DNA from: an uncultured Methanosarcinales archaeon
Lineage (GTDB): Archaea; Nanobdellota; Nanobdellia; Woesearchaeales; GW2011-AR9
DNA length: 64,000 nucleotides
Assembly: GCA_964434885.1 (NCBI GenBank)
Contig: CAYSWQ010000002.1
Coordinates: 331 to 64,330 of the forward strand
Reading direction: 5' to 3'
Part shown: piece by piece, positions 21,910 to 31,539 of the stretch
How the letters are laid out: every line of letters starts with the position of its first letter
How positions within the stretch are numbered: position 1 is the first letter of the stretch
Position numbers and translations under genes: made by a program
Notes under the pieces: model-generated
Databases searched by the model: none
Told to the model about the DNA's origin: nothing
Seen by the model: only the letters and a program-made list of their open reading frames with translations

Positions 21910-22344
21910 ATGACACATATCAACTTAGTTAATCCAAATGAACTGATCAACAAAGTAGCTGAAGAACTAAAAAAACAAAAATTAGTGGAACCTTTAGAAT
22001 GGTCTAAGTTTGTTAAGACTGGACACAATCGAGAAAGATTACCAGATAGTCCAGACTGGTGGTATTTCCGAGCTGCAGCAATCCTAAAAAGTGTTCATAA
22101 ATTGGGACCAGTAGGAACTCAAAAGTTAAGAACTAAATATGGTGGTAGTAAAAATAGAGGACATGCACCAAATCGTTTTTACAGGGCTTCTGGATCAATT
22201 ATTAGAAAAATCTTACAACAACTAGAAACTTCAGAATTAATTGAAAAAACAGAAAAGAAAATTCATAAAGGAAGAGTTTTAACTCCAAAAGGAATTTCTT
22301 TTTTAGATAAAATCGCAGTACAAATTTCAAAAGCAAATAAATAA
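21910..22344 (+). CDS. rps19e: 30S ribosomal protein S19e
   Basis: WWYFRAAAILKSVHKLGPVG...YGGSKNRG is the S19e signature. TATA-like CTTTATAAAT about 30 nt upstream. Confidence 0.88.
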   Translation: MTHINLVNPNELINKVAEELKKQKLVEPLEWSKFVKTGHNRERLPDSPDWWYFRAAAILKSVHKLGPVGTQKLRTKYGGSKNRGHAPNRFYRASGSIIRKILQQLETSELIEKTEKKIHKGRVLTPKGISFLDKIAVQISKANK

Positions 22345-22345
22345 A

Positions 22346-22519
22346 ATGGCAACTTACAAACACCCTGCAAAAAAAGGTCGATTAATAAAAAAATCTAAAC
22401 AAACTAGATGGGCTCCTTTTTGGACTGTTTTCAAAATCTATGGTCAAGGAAGAAAAGTTCATCCAAGTAGACACACAGATGTTAAAAGAAGTTGGAAAAG
22501 AACCAACACTAAAGCATAA
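22346..22519 (+). CDS. rpl39e: 50S ribosomal protein L39e (57 aa), not in the ORF track
   Basis: MATYKHPAKKGRLIKKSKQTRWAPFWTVFKIYGQGRKVHPSRHTDVKRSWKRTNTKA, the conserved S19e-L39e-L31e arrangement. Confidence 0.8.
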   Translation: MATYKHPAKKGRLIKKSKQTRWAPFWTVFKIYGQGRKVHPSRHTDVKRSWKRTNTKA

Positions 22520-22521
22520 AA

Positions 22522-23046
22522 ATGGCTAAAACAGAAAGTAAAAAATTAGAACGAACTTATAATATTCCACTTAGAAAAGAATATCGAAAAGTAGCTAATT
22601 GGAAACAAACAAAAAAAGCTGTTAAAGCCACTAAAGAATTTCTTGCTCGACATATGAAATCAAATGATATTCGTTTAGGTAAACACTTAAACGAAAAATT
22701 ATGGCAACACGGAATCAAAAACCCACCTCACCATGTTAAAGTTACTACCATCAAAGATGATAAAGGTGTAGTTCGAGCAGAACTTTTTGGCCATAAAATT
22801 GAAAAGAAAAAAGAAGAGAAGAAGAAATCAAGATTAGAAGAAGTAGCTCAAAAAGTAGGATTGAAAACTGATAAAAAACCTACTGAAAAGGAAGAAAGGA
22901 AGACTGAAACCAAATCTGAAGAGAAAAAAGAAAAACCAGCTGAGAAAACCCCCACTAAAGAAAAAACCGAAACATCCAAAAAAGAACAAAAATCAGTACA
23001 AAAAGAAGAGAAAGTTGAAAGTAAAGAAAAACCAGAATCTAAGTAA
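22522..23046 (+). CDS. rpl31e: 50S ribosomal protein L31e with K/E-rich C-terminal extension
   Basis: The N-terminal 90 aa match L31e (ERTYNIPLRKEYRKV...). The C-terminal 80 aa are KEEKK low-complexity. Confidence 0.85.
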   Translation: MAKTESKKLERTYNIPLRKEYRKVANWKQTKKAVKATKEFLARHMKSNDIRLGKHLNEKLWQHGIKNPPHHVKVTTIKDDKGVVRAELFGHKIEKKKEEKKKSRLEEVAQKVGLKTDKKPTEKEERKTETKSEEKKEKPAEKTPTKEKTETSKKEQKSVQKEEKVESKEKPESK

Positions 23047-23090
23047 TTCTACCAAAATTCTTATAAAGTATATACTAAAGTAGCTAAGTT

Positions 23091-23936
23091 ATGAACCCTT
23101 TAACCCATGCCCATTTTGCTTTGGAATTATTTAAAGAAGATAATCTTTCTCAAGATGAAAAAGATCATTTAATTGTTGGTAGTTTCTTACCCGATATCCA
23201 CATTACTGGGTTAATTCAATTTCATAAAACTCATAACCAAGGCCTAGAGTTTTTTCATTCTTTAACTGATCCATTACATAAATTCTTAGCTTTAGGAATG
23301 ATTACCCATGGAGAATATCCCCAAGGCCTGGACTATCACACCCACAATAGTCAAGGATTCATAAAACAAAAACATAGTAAAGTTCTTCCTTTAGCTCAAA
23401 AATATAAAAAAAGCATTGGTAAATTAAATGGTAGTACAGTTCATTACTTAATTGAATTTTCTGTAGATAATTTAATCGCAGAACGAGACCCCACTATTGT
23501 TAAGCAAGTATTATCTGCATTTAAAAATCCCAAAGTTAGATCTGCCATTACTGCTTTTTCTCATTTTTTAGGATTCAGCGAAAAGAAAAATAACAAGATT
23601 ATTAATTTATTAAGAAATAAACATTTATTAAACTATTTCTACAATTTCTCTTCACCTGAAACTGCATCTCAAAATTGGTTAAATCTAACTTTTTATCGTA
23701 ATATTAAAAGAGGAAAAAATCTGCCATTTAGAGAAAAATTCAAAAAATTAACTAAATTTACTTATTACAATTTTAAAAGAAAAATCAATGATGAACATAT
23801 CACTAAATTGTTTTACGAAATTAATTCCCAATTAAGGCCATCCATACCTGGATTCTTAACCGAAAATAAAAACAAAATTATTGAATTAAAAAATGACCTC
23901 CTCAGAAATATTCGTTCTACAGAAAGCCGTCAGTGA
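23091..23936 (+). CDS. hypothetical protein, His-rich N-terminus (possible metal-dependent hydrolase-like)
   Basis: MNPLTHAHFALELF...HITG...HKTH...HGEY...HTH. Family assignment uncertain. Confidence 0.4.
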   Translation: MNPLTHAHFALELFKEDNLSQDEKDHLIVGSFLPDIHITGLIQFHKTHNQGLEFFHSLTDPLHKFLALGMITHGEYPQGLDYHTHNSQGFIKQKHSKVLPLAQKYKKSIGKLNGSTVHYLIEFSVDNLIAERDPTIVKQVLSAFKNPKVRSAITAFSHFLGFSEKKNNKIINLLRNKHLLNYFYNFSSPETASQNWLNLTFYRNIKRGKNLPFREKFKKLTKFTYYNFKRKINDEHITKLFYEINSQLRPSIPGFLTENKNKIIELKNDLLRNIRSTESRQ

Positions 23937-24831
23937 ATTTGGAAAAAAACCATCCGAACGAACAATAAAAGAGTTAATTGAATATGGTCTTGTTAATATT
24001 GATAAAAATAAAGGTCCCACTTCCCATTTAATTGTTGATTATGTCAAAAAAATTCTAAAAATAAAAAAAGCCGGTCATAGTGGCACATTAGATCCTGCAG
24101 TGACCGGAGTACAACCAATTGCTCTAGGCCGAGCCACCCGTATCACTCAGTTTCTTTTAACTGCTCCCAAAGAATATGTTGGAATTATGCATTTACATCA
24201 TGAAATAGAAATAAACAAAATCAAAGAACTCATGAAAAAATTTATTGGAGAAATAACTCAATTACCTCCTGTTAAATCAGCAGTGAAAAGAGTGGAAAGG
24301 AAAAGGAAAATCTATGAATTAAAATTTTTAGAAATTGAAAAACAAGATATTTTATTTCGAATGAAATGTCAAGCCGGAACTTACGTTAGAAAATTCTGCC
24401 ATGATTTTGGTGAAAAAATTGGAGTGGGTGCCCATATGGCAGAATTAAGAAGAACTCAAGCTGGCCCTTTAACTGAAAAAGATAACTTGATTTCTTTAAC
24501 AGATTTACAAGATGCATATCATTTCTACAAAGAAGAAAACAATGATAAATACATAAAATATTGTTTACAACCGATTGAAAACGCCATCTCTCATTTACCT
24601 AAATGTTGGATTCTTGACACAACCATCAAAAGCCTAACCCATGGTCGAGATTTGGGTATCCCTGGAATTTCAAAATTAAACAACTTCAAAAAAGGAGAAA
24701 CCATTGCCATATTAACCCTAAAAAATGAATTAGTTGCTATCGGAAATGCTTTAATGTCTGCTGTAGAAATCAACACCCAAAAGAAAGGTTTAGCTATTAA
24801 AGTTACGAAAGTATTTATGGAATCATTCTGA
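23893..24831 (+). CDS. cbf5: tRNA/rRNA pseudouridine synthase Cbf5 (TruB family) with PUA domain
   Basis: GHSGTLDPAVTGV catalytic motif and a C-terminal PUA-like region. The start overlaps the upstream gene by 44 nt and the true start may be downstream. Confidence 0.86.
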   Translation: MTSSEIFVLQKAVSEFGKKPSERTIKELIEYGLVNIDKNKGPTSHLIVDYVKKILKIKKAGHSGTLDPAVTGVQPIALGRATRITQFLLTAPKEYVGIMHLHHEIEINKIKELMKKFIGEITQLPPVKSAVKRVERKRKIYELKFLEIEKQDILFRMKCQAGTYVRKFCHDFGEKIGVGAHMAELRRTQAGPLTEKDNLISLTDLQDAYHFYKEENNDKYIKYCLQPIENAISHLPKCWILDTTIKSLTHGRDLGIPGISKLNNFKKGETIAILTLKNELVAIGNALMSAVEINTQKKGLAIKVTKVFMESF

Positions 24832-25821
24832 TTTTGATTTTTGTTTTTCCTGTTGAACTTCAATCTTTTCTCTTTCCATTAATTCATTAAATTTTTTCCT
24901 AAGAATTTCAATAGCAGCAAAAGCTTGTTCTTGTTTTTTAAATTCTGCACTCAAAGCCACGTCAATTTCTGCATTCTTCTTCTCCTGTAACTTTCTTTGA
25001 GCAACTAACCAACTTATTTGTTTCAATTCTCCAGTTACTTGTAACCACAATTTATTGGCTTTATACAAATCCCTATTAGCCAAAACCAGATTATACAATT
25101 TTCCACCCTGTTGTCTCACACTGTCTGTTTTACGCATCCCCTCTCCCACAATTTCATTAGCCTCTTCCAGCAACTGTAATAAGTGTTTATTTGATTCCAC
25201 AATCCTCACAAAATATTTCAATCTCTTATCTAAATTAACCTTTTTATGAACCTTATATGGACCAGATTCCCCCAACACAGTTTTGATATTTTTCTCCAAA
25301 ACCACAATTTCATTGTCCAAATTAAGATTAGCTTTTTTGATGGATTGTTCCCATTTTTCCAAAGATTCTTTCATATCATTCAGTCTTTTTTCTTCTGTAT
25401 TTAGTAACTCCAATATTTGTTTAAATTGGTGTAGAACCTCACTTGATTTTGCTTTAATTTCCTGAAACAACTTTGCATCTGGTTTAGCTTTATACTGGTT
25501 AATCATTTTATGGATTTCTTGAATTGATTCAATCAAATCGGTTTCTAAAACATAGATCTTCTCTTCCGTTTTTTCAACTTTCTTTTCTTCTTTTTCAATT
25601 TTTTTTCTCGCTAGCAAACCACCCAAAAATTTTTTCCAACCTCTTCGTTGATATCTTCTTTCTTTTCTTTCAAAATTAGCTTCTTTTCTCAAAGAACCAC
25701 TACTCTTGAATTTACCTCGTAGATACCAAAAAATTCCTATCAAACTTGCTAAAATTATACCCAAAAATATATAGTCGCTTGTGGAGCCACCCAATCCTGA
25801 AAAAAAATCCCCAATTGCCAT
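24823..25821 (-). CDS. membrane-anchored coiled-coil protein, hypothetical
   Basis: N-terminal TM helix then a long charged helical region. Confidence 0.45.
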   Translation of the reverse strand: MAIGDFFSGLGGSTSDYIFLGIILASLIGIFWYLRGKFKSSGSLRKEANFERKERRYQRRGWKKFLGGLLARKKIEKEEKKVEKTEEKIYVLETDLIESIQEIHKMINQYKAKPDAKLFQEIKAKSSEVLHQFKQILELLNTEEKRLNDMKESLEKWEQSIKKANLNLDNEIVVLEKNIKTVLGESGPYKVHKKVNLDKRLKYFVRIVESNKHLLQLLEEANEIVGEGMRKTDSVRQQGGKLYNLVLANRDLYKANKLWLQVTGELKQISWLVAQRKLQEKKNAEIDVALSAEFKKQEQAFAAIEILRKKFNELMEREKIEVQQEKQKSKSE

Positions 25822-25838
25822 TATTTAAAGAAAAAGAA

Positions 25839-26459
25839 TTAACTCTTATAAACCTTACCTAATTCAACAACCATCCCTTCCCAACCAGGATGAATAATTT
25901 GACTTTCACCAATTTTATCTTTCAAACCAGCATTCTCATGTAAATGCCCACAAATAACCAATTTAGGTTTCAATCGCTCAATAAATTTCCGATAATCTTT
26001 ATTGCCAACATGTCTTTTACCCAATTTATCTAAATCAGTTCCAAAAGGAGGACCATGTAACATCAACACCACTTTATCACGTTGATATTCGCCATACCAT
26101 TTCCTCGCTATCTTTCTAAATACAGGATCTTCCAAAGAAAAACCTCCTCCCCCATATCCTAAAATAACATAATCTTCAACTCTCACAACTCGCTTATGAA
26201 TATCAACTAAATTATCATAATCTCCAACTAACTTCTTCAAAACATCTTCTCCTTCATGATTTCCGGGAATAACCAAAACCTTCTTTCCAATCGAATTTAA
26301 TTTCTTCAAAAAATATCTCAAACCATCTTCAAAATTAGTTAAATCCCCTGCCATCAAAACTAAATCTATATCTGGGTCTTTAGCCCGTTTGATTAATTTC
26401 TTAAGTAAAGGTTTATCTCCGTGCAAATCAACAAAACATAACACTTTCATAATCATCAA
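25839..26459 (-). CDS. calcineurin-like metallophosphoesterase
   Basis: DLHGD, GDLT, GNHE and GHLH motifs. Confidence 0.75.
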   Translation of the reverse strand: MMIMKVLCFVDLHGDKPLLKKLIKRAKDPDIDLVLMAGDLTNFEDGLRYFLKKLNSIGKKVLVIPGNHEGEDVLKKLVGDYDNLVDIHKRVVRVEDYVILGYGGGGFSLEDPVFRKIARKWYGEYQRDKVVLMLHGPPFGTDLDKLGKRHVGNKDYRKFIERLKPKLVICGHLHENAGLKDKIGESQIIHPGWEGMVVELGKVYKS

Positions 26460-26482
26460 GAAATATAAATTTTATTTAAACT

Positions 26483-27166
26483 TTACTTTTCTTCTTTTTC
26501 TACTTTCTCAACTTTTTCTTCTACTTTTTCATCCACTTCAACTTTTTTTTCTTCTTTAATCTTCACTTCTGCTACTTTTACTTTCTTCTTCTCTTCTAAC
26601 TTAACAACTCGCATAATCACATCTCTAACTGGATATATCTTCTTCAGTTTATTTTTCAAATCCATTTGGATCTTATACTTCAACAATTCACTTACTAAAA
26701 CATCCATTGGCAATTTCTTAACTTCTTTTGCCAACAATTCCAACATTCTCTTTCTGATTGCGGTTTTTACAGATTTAGTTACTGGGTTAATTGTTATCGC
26801 CATTGGTTTTAATCTAACTTTCTTTCCTTCTTTTGTTTCTAATACAAAAGAATCATCAATCTTCCCAGTACTACGTCTTGTTAATTTTTTGATAAAAAAA
26901 GACATATAAGCATAACCTACAACTTCAGTTTGTAAATTATTGCCTGTAACTTCTTTAATTCTTAAAGAAACATAAATATTTTGATCACGAAAACTTCCAG
27001 TTAACTCTTTTAAATTAACTTTTAAAGTTCTACCTACAGCTGGTTCCGGATTATCAAGATAAGTTTCCCCAATCTCTTTGTGTCCCATAAACTTAGGAGC
27101 GAAGATTGGAAACCATTTTTTCTTTTTAGTCTTGATCTTACTTACTTTTTTCTTTACTTTAGCCAT
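26483..27166 (-). CDS. rps3ae: 30S ribosomal protein S3Ae (S1e) with K/E-rich C-terminal extension
   Basis: KKKWFPIFAPKFMGHKEIGETY matches S3Ae. The C-terminus is EKKVEVDEKVEEK low-complexity. Confidence 0.88.
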   Translation of the reverse strand: MAKVKKKVSKIKTKKKKWFPIFAPKFMGHKEIGETYLDNPEPAVGRTLKVNLKELTGSFRDQNIYVSLRIKEVTGNNLQTEVVGYAYMSFFIKKLTRRSTGKIDDSFVLETKEGKKVRLKPMAITINPVTKSVKTAIRKRMLELLAKEVKKLPMDVLVSELLKYKIQMDLKNKLKKIYPVRDVIMRVVKLEEKKKVKVAEVKIKEEKKVEVDEKVEEKVEKVEKEEK

Positions 27167-27214
27167 GTTTTATGTCTAGATTGATAGTTCATTTAAAAAT
27201 GTTTTGGGAGTATC

Positions 27215-28174
27215 TTACACTTCTAACACAGATTGAGGAACATATTTGTCTTTAATCATATTGCCCCCTTCAATTATCTTATATTTAGAAATAGAAAAAT
27301 TAGTTCTCAAATCCCTTAAAACATCTTTTTTACTATTCTCTTCCTCTTCAATTTCTAATAAAATATCATAATTACCAATCAATCTCGTTAAAGAAACAAT
27401 ATTACTGTGAGTCAAAGCAAATTGTAATATTTTTTTATCGTCAGTTAATTTCATTGACGCTGAACTAATCAATACTTGTTTTTTCTGAATCCCAATTTTT
27501 TCAATATCAAAGATAGTTGAATAACCTCGGATAACTTTGTTCTTTTCCATCTTCTTCCTCAATCTAATAATTGTTTTAGGGTTGAGTTTTGTTTTTTTAT
27601 GTATCTGAACAATGCTTTCTGTAGAATTTTGATACAACAAATTCAAAATATTTTTCTCTTTATTACTAATTTTATATACATCTCTATCACCAGAAATAAT
27701 TGATTCAGCTTCTCTTTTATAGCCCATCAAATACTTTTTATTGTAAATATGTTTAACTACAATTGGATATGTTTCTGCCAATAAAACAGTCTTCTTAAAT
27801 TTTTGTAAAAAAACCCACATTAATTTGTTGTATAGAGATAGATTAGGAACGCAAAAAACAACCGCCAAATCATAACCTTGTTTTAGCTTCTCAATCTGCA
27901 CTACATGATCATTATTTTTCAAATAATTAACCACTTCTTTAATATTTTTATTGTCAAAATCAGCATAATTGAGATAAACCAACACTTGTAATAACCCAAA
28001 TTTAGCCGGATCGACGACCATACTGTATCCAATTATCTTCTTTTTCTGTTGCCAACTTTGAATTAAATAACTAGCAGATTGTTGACTAATTTTTAATTTC
28101 CTACCAAGTTCTTTAGTTTTTATACGACTATTTTGAGAGAGTTCATAAATAAATTTCTTAATTTTAAGTTTCAT
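27215..28174 (-). CDS. tandem Lrp/AsnC-like winged-helix transcriptional regulator
   Basis: Two repeats of an HTH (…SRIKTKELGRKLKISQQSASYLIQ… and …KKTKLNPKTIIRLRKKME…), each followed by a RAM-like domain. Divergent from the ligase cluster. Confidence 0.6.
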   Translation of the reverse strand: MKLKIKKFIYELSQNSRIKTKELGRKLKISQQSASYLIQSWQQKKKIIGYSMVVDPAKFGLLQVLVYLNYADFDNKNIKEVVNYLKNNDHVVQIEKLKQGYDLAVVFCVPNLSLYNKLMWVFLQKFKKTVLLAETYPIVVKHIYNKKYLMGYKREAESIISGDRDVYKISNKEKNILNLLYQNSTESIVQIHKKTKLNPKTIIRLRKKMEKNKVIRGYSTIFDIEKIGIQKKQVLISSASMKLTDDKKILQFALTHSNIVSLTRLIGNYDILLEIEEEENSKKDVLRDLRTNFSISKYKIIEGGNMIKDKYVPQSVLEV

Positions 28175-28274
28175 TTTTTGTAGAAAGTTTACTTAGTTTA
28201 AATATTTTTGGATTTTCTACAAAAATTAGAACTTTACATATTTAAATATACTTACAACAATAATAAAATATAAA

Positions 28275-28472
28275 ATGATTTGCGACAAAGAAAACCAACC
28301 GGATGCTTGGCCTTACTTACCAGCACAAAAAAAAACAGAAAATAAAAAACCAGATGAGTTTGATCCTCGGGCAGATTATCAAACATTGGCTAAACAACAT
28401 TTAGATCGTGAGCCTCGAAGTCCTCAAGAAGAAACTTACCTCTCATTTTATGATCAAATTAGCAATTTGTAA
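28275..28472 (+). CDS. small hydrophilic protein, hypothetical
   Basis: 65-aa ORF heading the 28.3-31.5 kb plus-strand cluster. Low complexity, weak evidence. Confidence 0.25.
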   Translation: MICDKENQPDAWPYLPAQKKTENKKPDEFDPRADYQTLAKQHLDREPRSPQEETYLSFYDQISNL

Positions 28473-28528
28473 TTTCTTAATTCTAAGAAATTTTCCCATT
28501 ATTAAAATATTATAGATATTTCATAAAA

Positions 28529-29758
28529 ATGACCTCAACTATTGGAGCGGAAATTGAACTTATCCTCGTGGATAAAAAAGGATATGTTAGCAACAAAGCT
28601 CTCGAAATATTATGTGATCCAAGAATCGAAAATGTTCAATGTTATGCACATGAAGGTACTCTTGCCCAAGTAGAAGTTAATTCTGATCCAGCACCAACTA
28701 TAAAACAACTACACCAAGATTTAATTCAAAAACTAGTTTTCTTAGATCAAATTTGTCAAGAATATGGAGTTCGCCCGATACCTATGAGTGAAATGGGTGC
28801 AGGAAAAGGAGAAATCAATCTTTCTCAACAAAAACAGAAAGAAAGAATTCCGATTTATGAATCACTTTTTGGGAAGAAAAATGTAGAATCGCTGCTTACA
28901 AATTCCGGCGTTCATTTACATTTTTCACAAACACCTGGAAGAGAAATTGACCAATACTTAATACTCCAAAGTTTAGAATTCCTCGCTTATGCCTTAACTT
29001 CTACCTCCCCTATCAATCACAAAGGCAACAATAGTTTAAATGATCACCGAATCAATTATCATCGTAATATTGTGTTTGCAGATATACCTGAATTCTCCCA
29101 CTTATCAACTTACCCTTCTTCTTTAGAAGATATTAAAAATATTCAAAACAAAAATTTCCAAAAAATTCTTCAAAAAGCAATAGAAAAAGGAATTACTGAA
29201 GAAGAATTCAATCAATCATTTAAACCACATAATCTTGGCTATCAAGCTGTCCGAAACCGACCAGAAATTGGATTAACTGGCACTAACGAACTTAGAAGTC
29301 CTGATGCTTGTACAATAGATGTTCTTACTCCTGTAGCTGCCCTCTTCAAAGGAATCTATGATTATGTAACTGATAGAAATTTGAAAGTGGTTGTAGCTGA
29401 TGAAATGGGAAATTATCGCATTACTAAAAAAGAATCAATAATTCCTCACCCAGATTCTAATCAAAAAATTCAAAACACCACTATTGAAGATGGAATCAAA
29501 CCAGATTTCACCATTGATTTACTTCGTTATTTTTTACCTTTTGCAGAAAAAGGATTATCTTCTGAAGATCAACCTTATCTTCAATCATTTCATTCTACAA
29601 TAAAAAACAGAGAAAATCCTGCAAACCAAGTTATGCAACACTTAAACCAGCTAGGTTATACTGGATCTCATTTTGGCCCAGAACAAACTTCACAAGCCGC
29701 TCAATTCATGCGGGCCTGGCACCAAAAAACTCTTAACTACCAATCTACTCCTAATTAA
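28529..29758 (+). CDS. glutamate-cysteine ligase family 2 (GCS2/YbdK-like) carboxylate-amine ligase
   Basis: IGAEIELILVD N-terminal motif, GVHLHFS (GxHxH) and RNRPEIG...ELRSPD regions are co-linear with YbdK-family ligases. Confidence 0.72.
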   Translation: MTSTIGAEIELILVDKKGYVSNKALEILCDPRIENVQCYAHEGTLAQVEVNSDPAPTIKQLHQDLIQKLVFLDQICQEYGVRPIPMSEMGAGKGEINLSQQKQKERIPIYESLFGKKNVESLLTNSGVHLHFSQTPGREIDQYLILQSLEFLAYALTSTSPINHKGNNSLNDHRINYHRNIVFADIPEFSHLSTYPSSLEDIKNIQNKNFQKILQKAIEKGITEEEFNQSFKPHNLGYQAVRNRPEIGLTGTNELRSPDACTIDVLTPVAALFKGIYDYVTDRNLKVVVADEMGNYRITKKESIIPHPDSNQKIQNTTIEDGIKPDFTIDLLRYFLPFAEKGLSSEDQPYLQSFHSTIKNRENPANQVMQHLNQLGYTGSHFGPEQTSQAAQFMRAWHQKTLNYQSTPN

Positions 29759-29759
29759 A

Positions 29760-30452
29760 ATGTGTCGCATGCTCATAGCCACTGGAAAAGTACCTATGAA
29801 TTCTTTGATTGATGGAATTATTACTATGGCCCTAGATCAAAGTACTTCTCACGAACACAACCAAAGAATTGGACAAGGAAATTGGACACATGGAGATGGA
29901 TGGGGAATCGCCTTTTTAAGAAACAATGAATGGATTTTAGAAAAATCACCCCGACCAATCTATGATGATCCCAAAATTGATAGATTTAGAAATATCAAAA
30001 CTAATTTAGTAATCATTCATGTAAGGAAAAAAAGCATTGGTGATGATATTGTCTTAAATAATTGTCATCCTTTTCAACACCAAAATTTTGTCTTTTGTCA
30101 TAACGGCACCATTAAAGAAAAAATATTTCATCACCCTCAATTCCAACCATTAGGAACAACCGATTCAGAAAGATTGTTTTATTCCATTCTAAGTAAAGAA
30201 AATCTAACTCAAGCCATAAAAACAATTCTTGACCAATATAAAACCGCTAAAGGTAGCAATATCATACTCTGTAATAAAGAAAATTTTTATGTTTATATCA
30301 AAGAAAACAAACACCCTTTATACTATCAAATGGAAATTACACAAAACAAAGATTTAACAATTGTATCTTCAGAAAAATTAAATGGTTTTAATCACTTAAC
30401 TTGGGAAAAAGTATCGCCAGGAAAAGTTTTCGCTATCAAACATATAAACTAA
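29760..30452 (+). CDS. class II glutamine amidotransferase-like Ntn hydrolase (EgtC/YafJ-like)
   Basis: MCRMLIATG N-terminus (Cys2 nucleophile), DGWGIAF and CHNGTI motifs co-linear with EgtC. The ATG at 29760 follows the previous stop by 1 nt. Confidence 0.72.
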   Translation: MCRMLIATGKVPMNSLIDGIITMALDQSTSHEHNQRIGQGNWTHGDGWGIAFLRNNEWILEKSPRPIYDDPKIDRFRNIKTNLVIIHVRKKSIGDDIVLNNCHPFQHQNFVFCHNGTIKEKIFHHPQFQPLGTTDSERLFYSILSKENLTQAIKTILDQYKTAKGSNIILCNKENFYVYIKENKHPLYYQMEITQNKDLTIVSSEKLNGFNHLTWEKVSPGKVFAIKHIN

Positions 30453-30453
30453 A

Positions 30454-31539
30454 ATGAACATCGCAATACCTAAAGAAACCAAAATCGGAGAACACCGAAT
30501 TGCCATTATTCCAGAACACGCTAAACAATTAATCGATGCTGGTCATCGAGTATTCATAGAAAAAGATGCTGGTAATAAAGCAGGTTTTCCTGATCAAGAG
30601 TATGCCAAAGTTGGAGTGCAAATTCTTAAGAATAACGAAATATATAACAAAGAAATAGTTGTTAGAGTGAAAGAACCCCAACTATCTACCTTAAGACCAA
30701 ATCAAACTCTAATGGGTTATTTGCATATTGAAAAAGGCCAAAATCCAGAACTAAAAAATGAATTACTACAAAAACAAATAACAAGTTATTCTTTTGAAGA
30801 AATTAGAAACCCACACACCCAAAAAAGAGAAATTAGTTTAGGTTTTGAAGCTGGTGTAGTTGGTATGTTTGAAGGACTAAGACACTATGGAAAAATTCTT
30901 GAAAGTAAAAACCAAATTAATCCTTTTCATCAAATCAAATCTATGAAAGAATATCCCACTAAACAAGAAGCATATCTAGCTCTTCGCCATATTAACCCTA
31001 ATGAGTGGGAAGCAAATATTTGTATTGCTGGTTATGGCTTAGTTAGTAAAGGTTGTCAGGAAGTTTTAGCTCAACTAAGCCACCCTCCCACCATATTAAA
31101 AGAAGTTGATACTGCCCGTACAAATATATTCGATCAGGAACATAGCTATATTTGGAATCATCTTAAAACCAGTGATATTTTTGTTAATGCCATCGTCTGG
31201 CAACCAAATCAACCAAGAATTATCACAAAAAATGATTTAGAAATGATGGTCGACCAATCTTTAATCATTGATATCTCTTGTGATCAAAATGGAGGTATTG
31301 AAACTTGCACCCCAACTTCTTGGGAAAATCCCACTTACAAAATAATCACTTCAAACGGAAAAACAATCCATCATTATTGTGTAGATAACCTCCCTTCAGC
31401 CATGGCTAATGAATCTTCAATTAATCTTAGCTCAATGGTTTTTCCATTTGTCTTAAAAGTAGCTAACCGAGAAGAATTTAATTCTGGTCTAATGACCAGA
31501 AAAGGAAAATATGTTTTCAATTCTTTACAACATCTTTAG
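30454..31539 (+). CDS. alanine dehydrogenase/PNT-family NAD(P) dehydrogenase (N5-(carboxyethyl)ornithine synthase / saccharopine-DH-like)
   Basis: MNIAIPKETKIGEHRIAIIPE N-terminus, Rossmann GYGLVSKG, YCVDNLPSAMA active-site-region motif. Confidence 0.68.
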   Translation: MNIAIPKETKIGEHRIAIIPEHAKQLIDAGHRVFIEKDAGNKAGFPDQEYAKVGVQILKNNEIYNKEIVVRVKEPQLSTLRPNQTLMGYLHIEKGQNPELKNELLQKQITSYSFEEIRNPHTQKREISLGFEAGVVGMFEGLRHYGKILESKNQINPFHQIKSMKEYPTKQEAYLALRHINPNEWEANICIAGYGLVSKGCQEVLAQLSHPPTILKEVDTARTNIFDQEHSYIWNHLKTSDIFVNAIVWQPNQPRIITKNDLEMMVDQSLIIDISCDQNGGIETCTPTSWENPTYKIITSNGKTIHHYCVDNLPSAMANESSINLSSMVFPFVLKVANREEFNSGLMTRKGKYVFNSLQHL

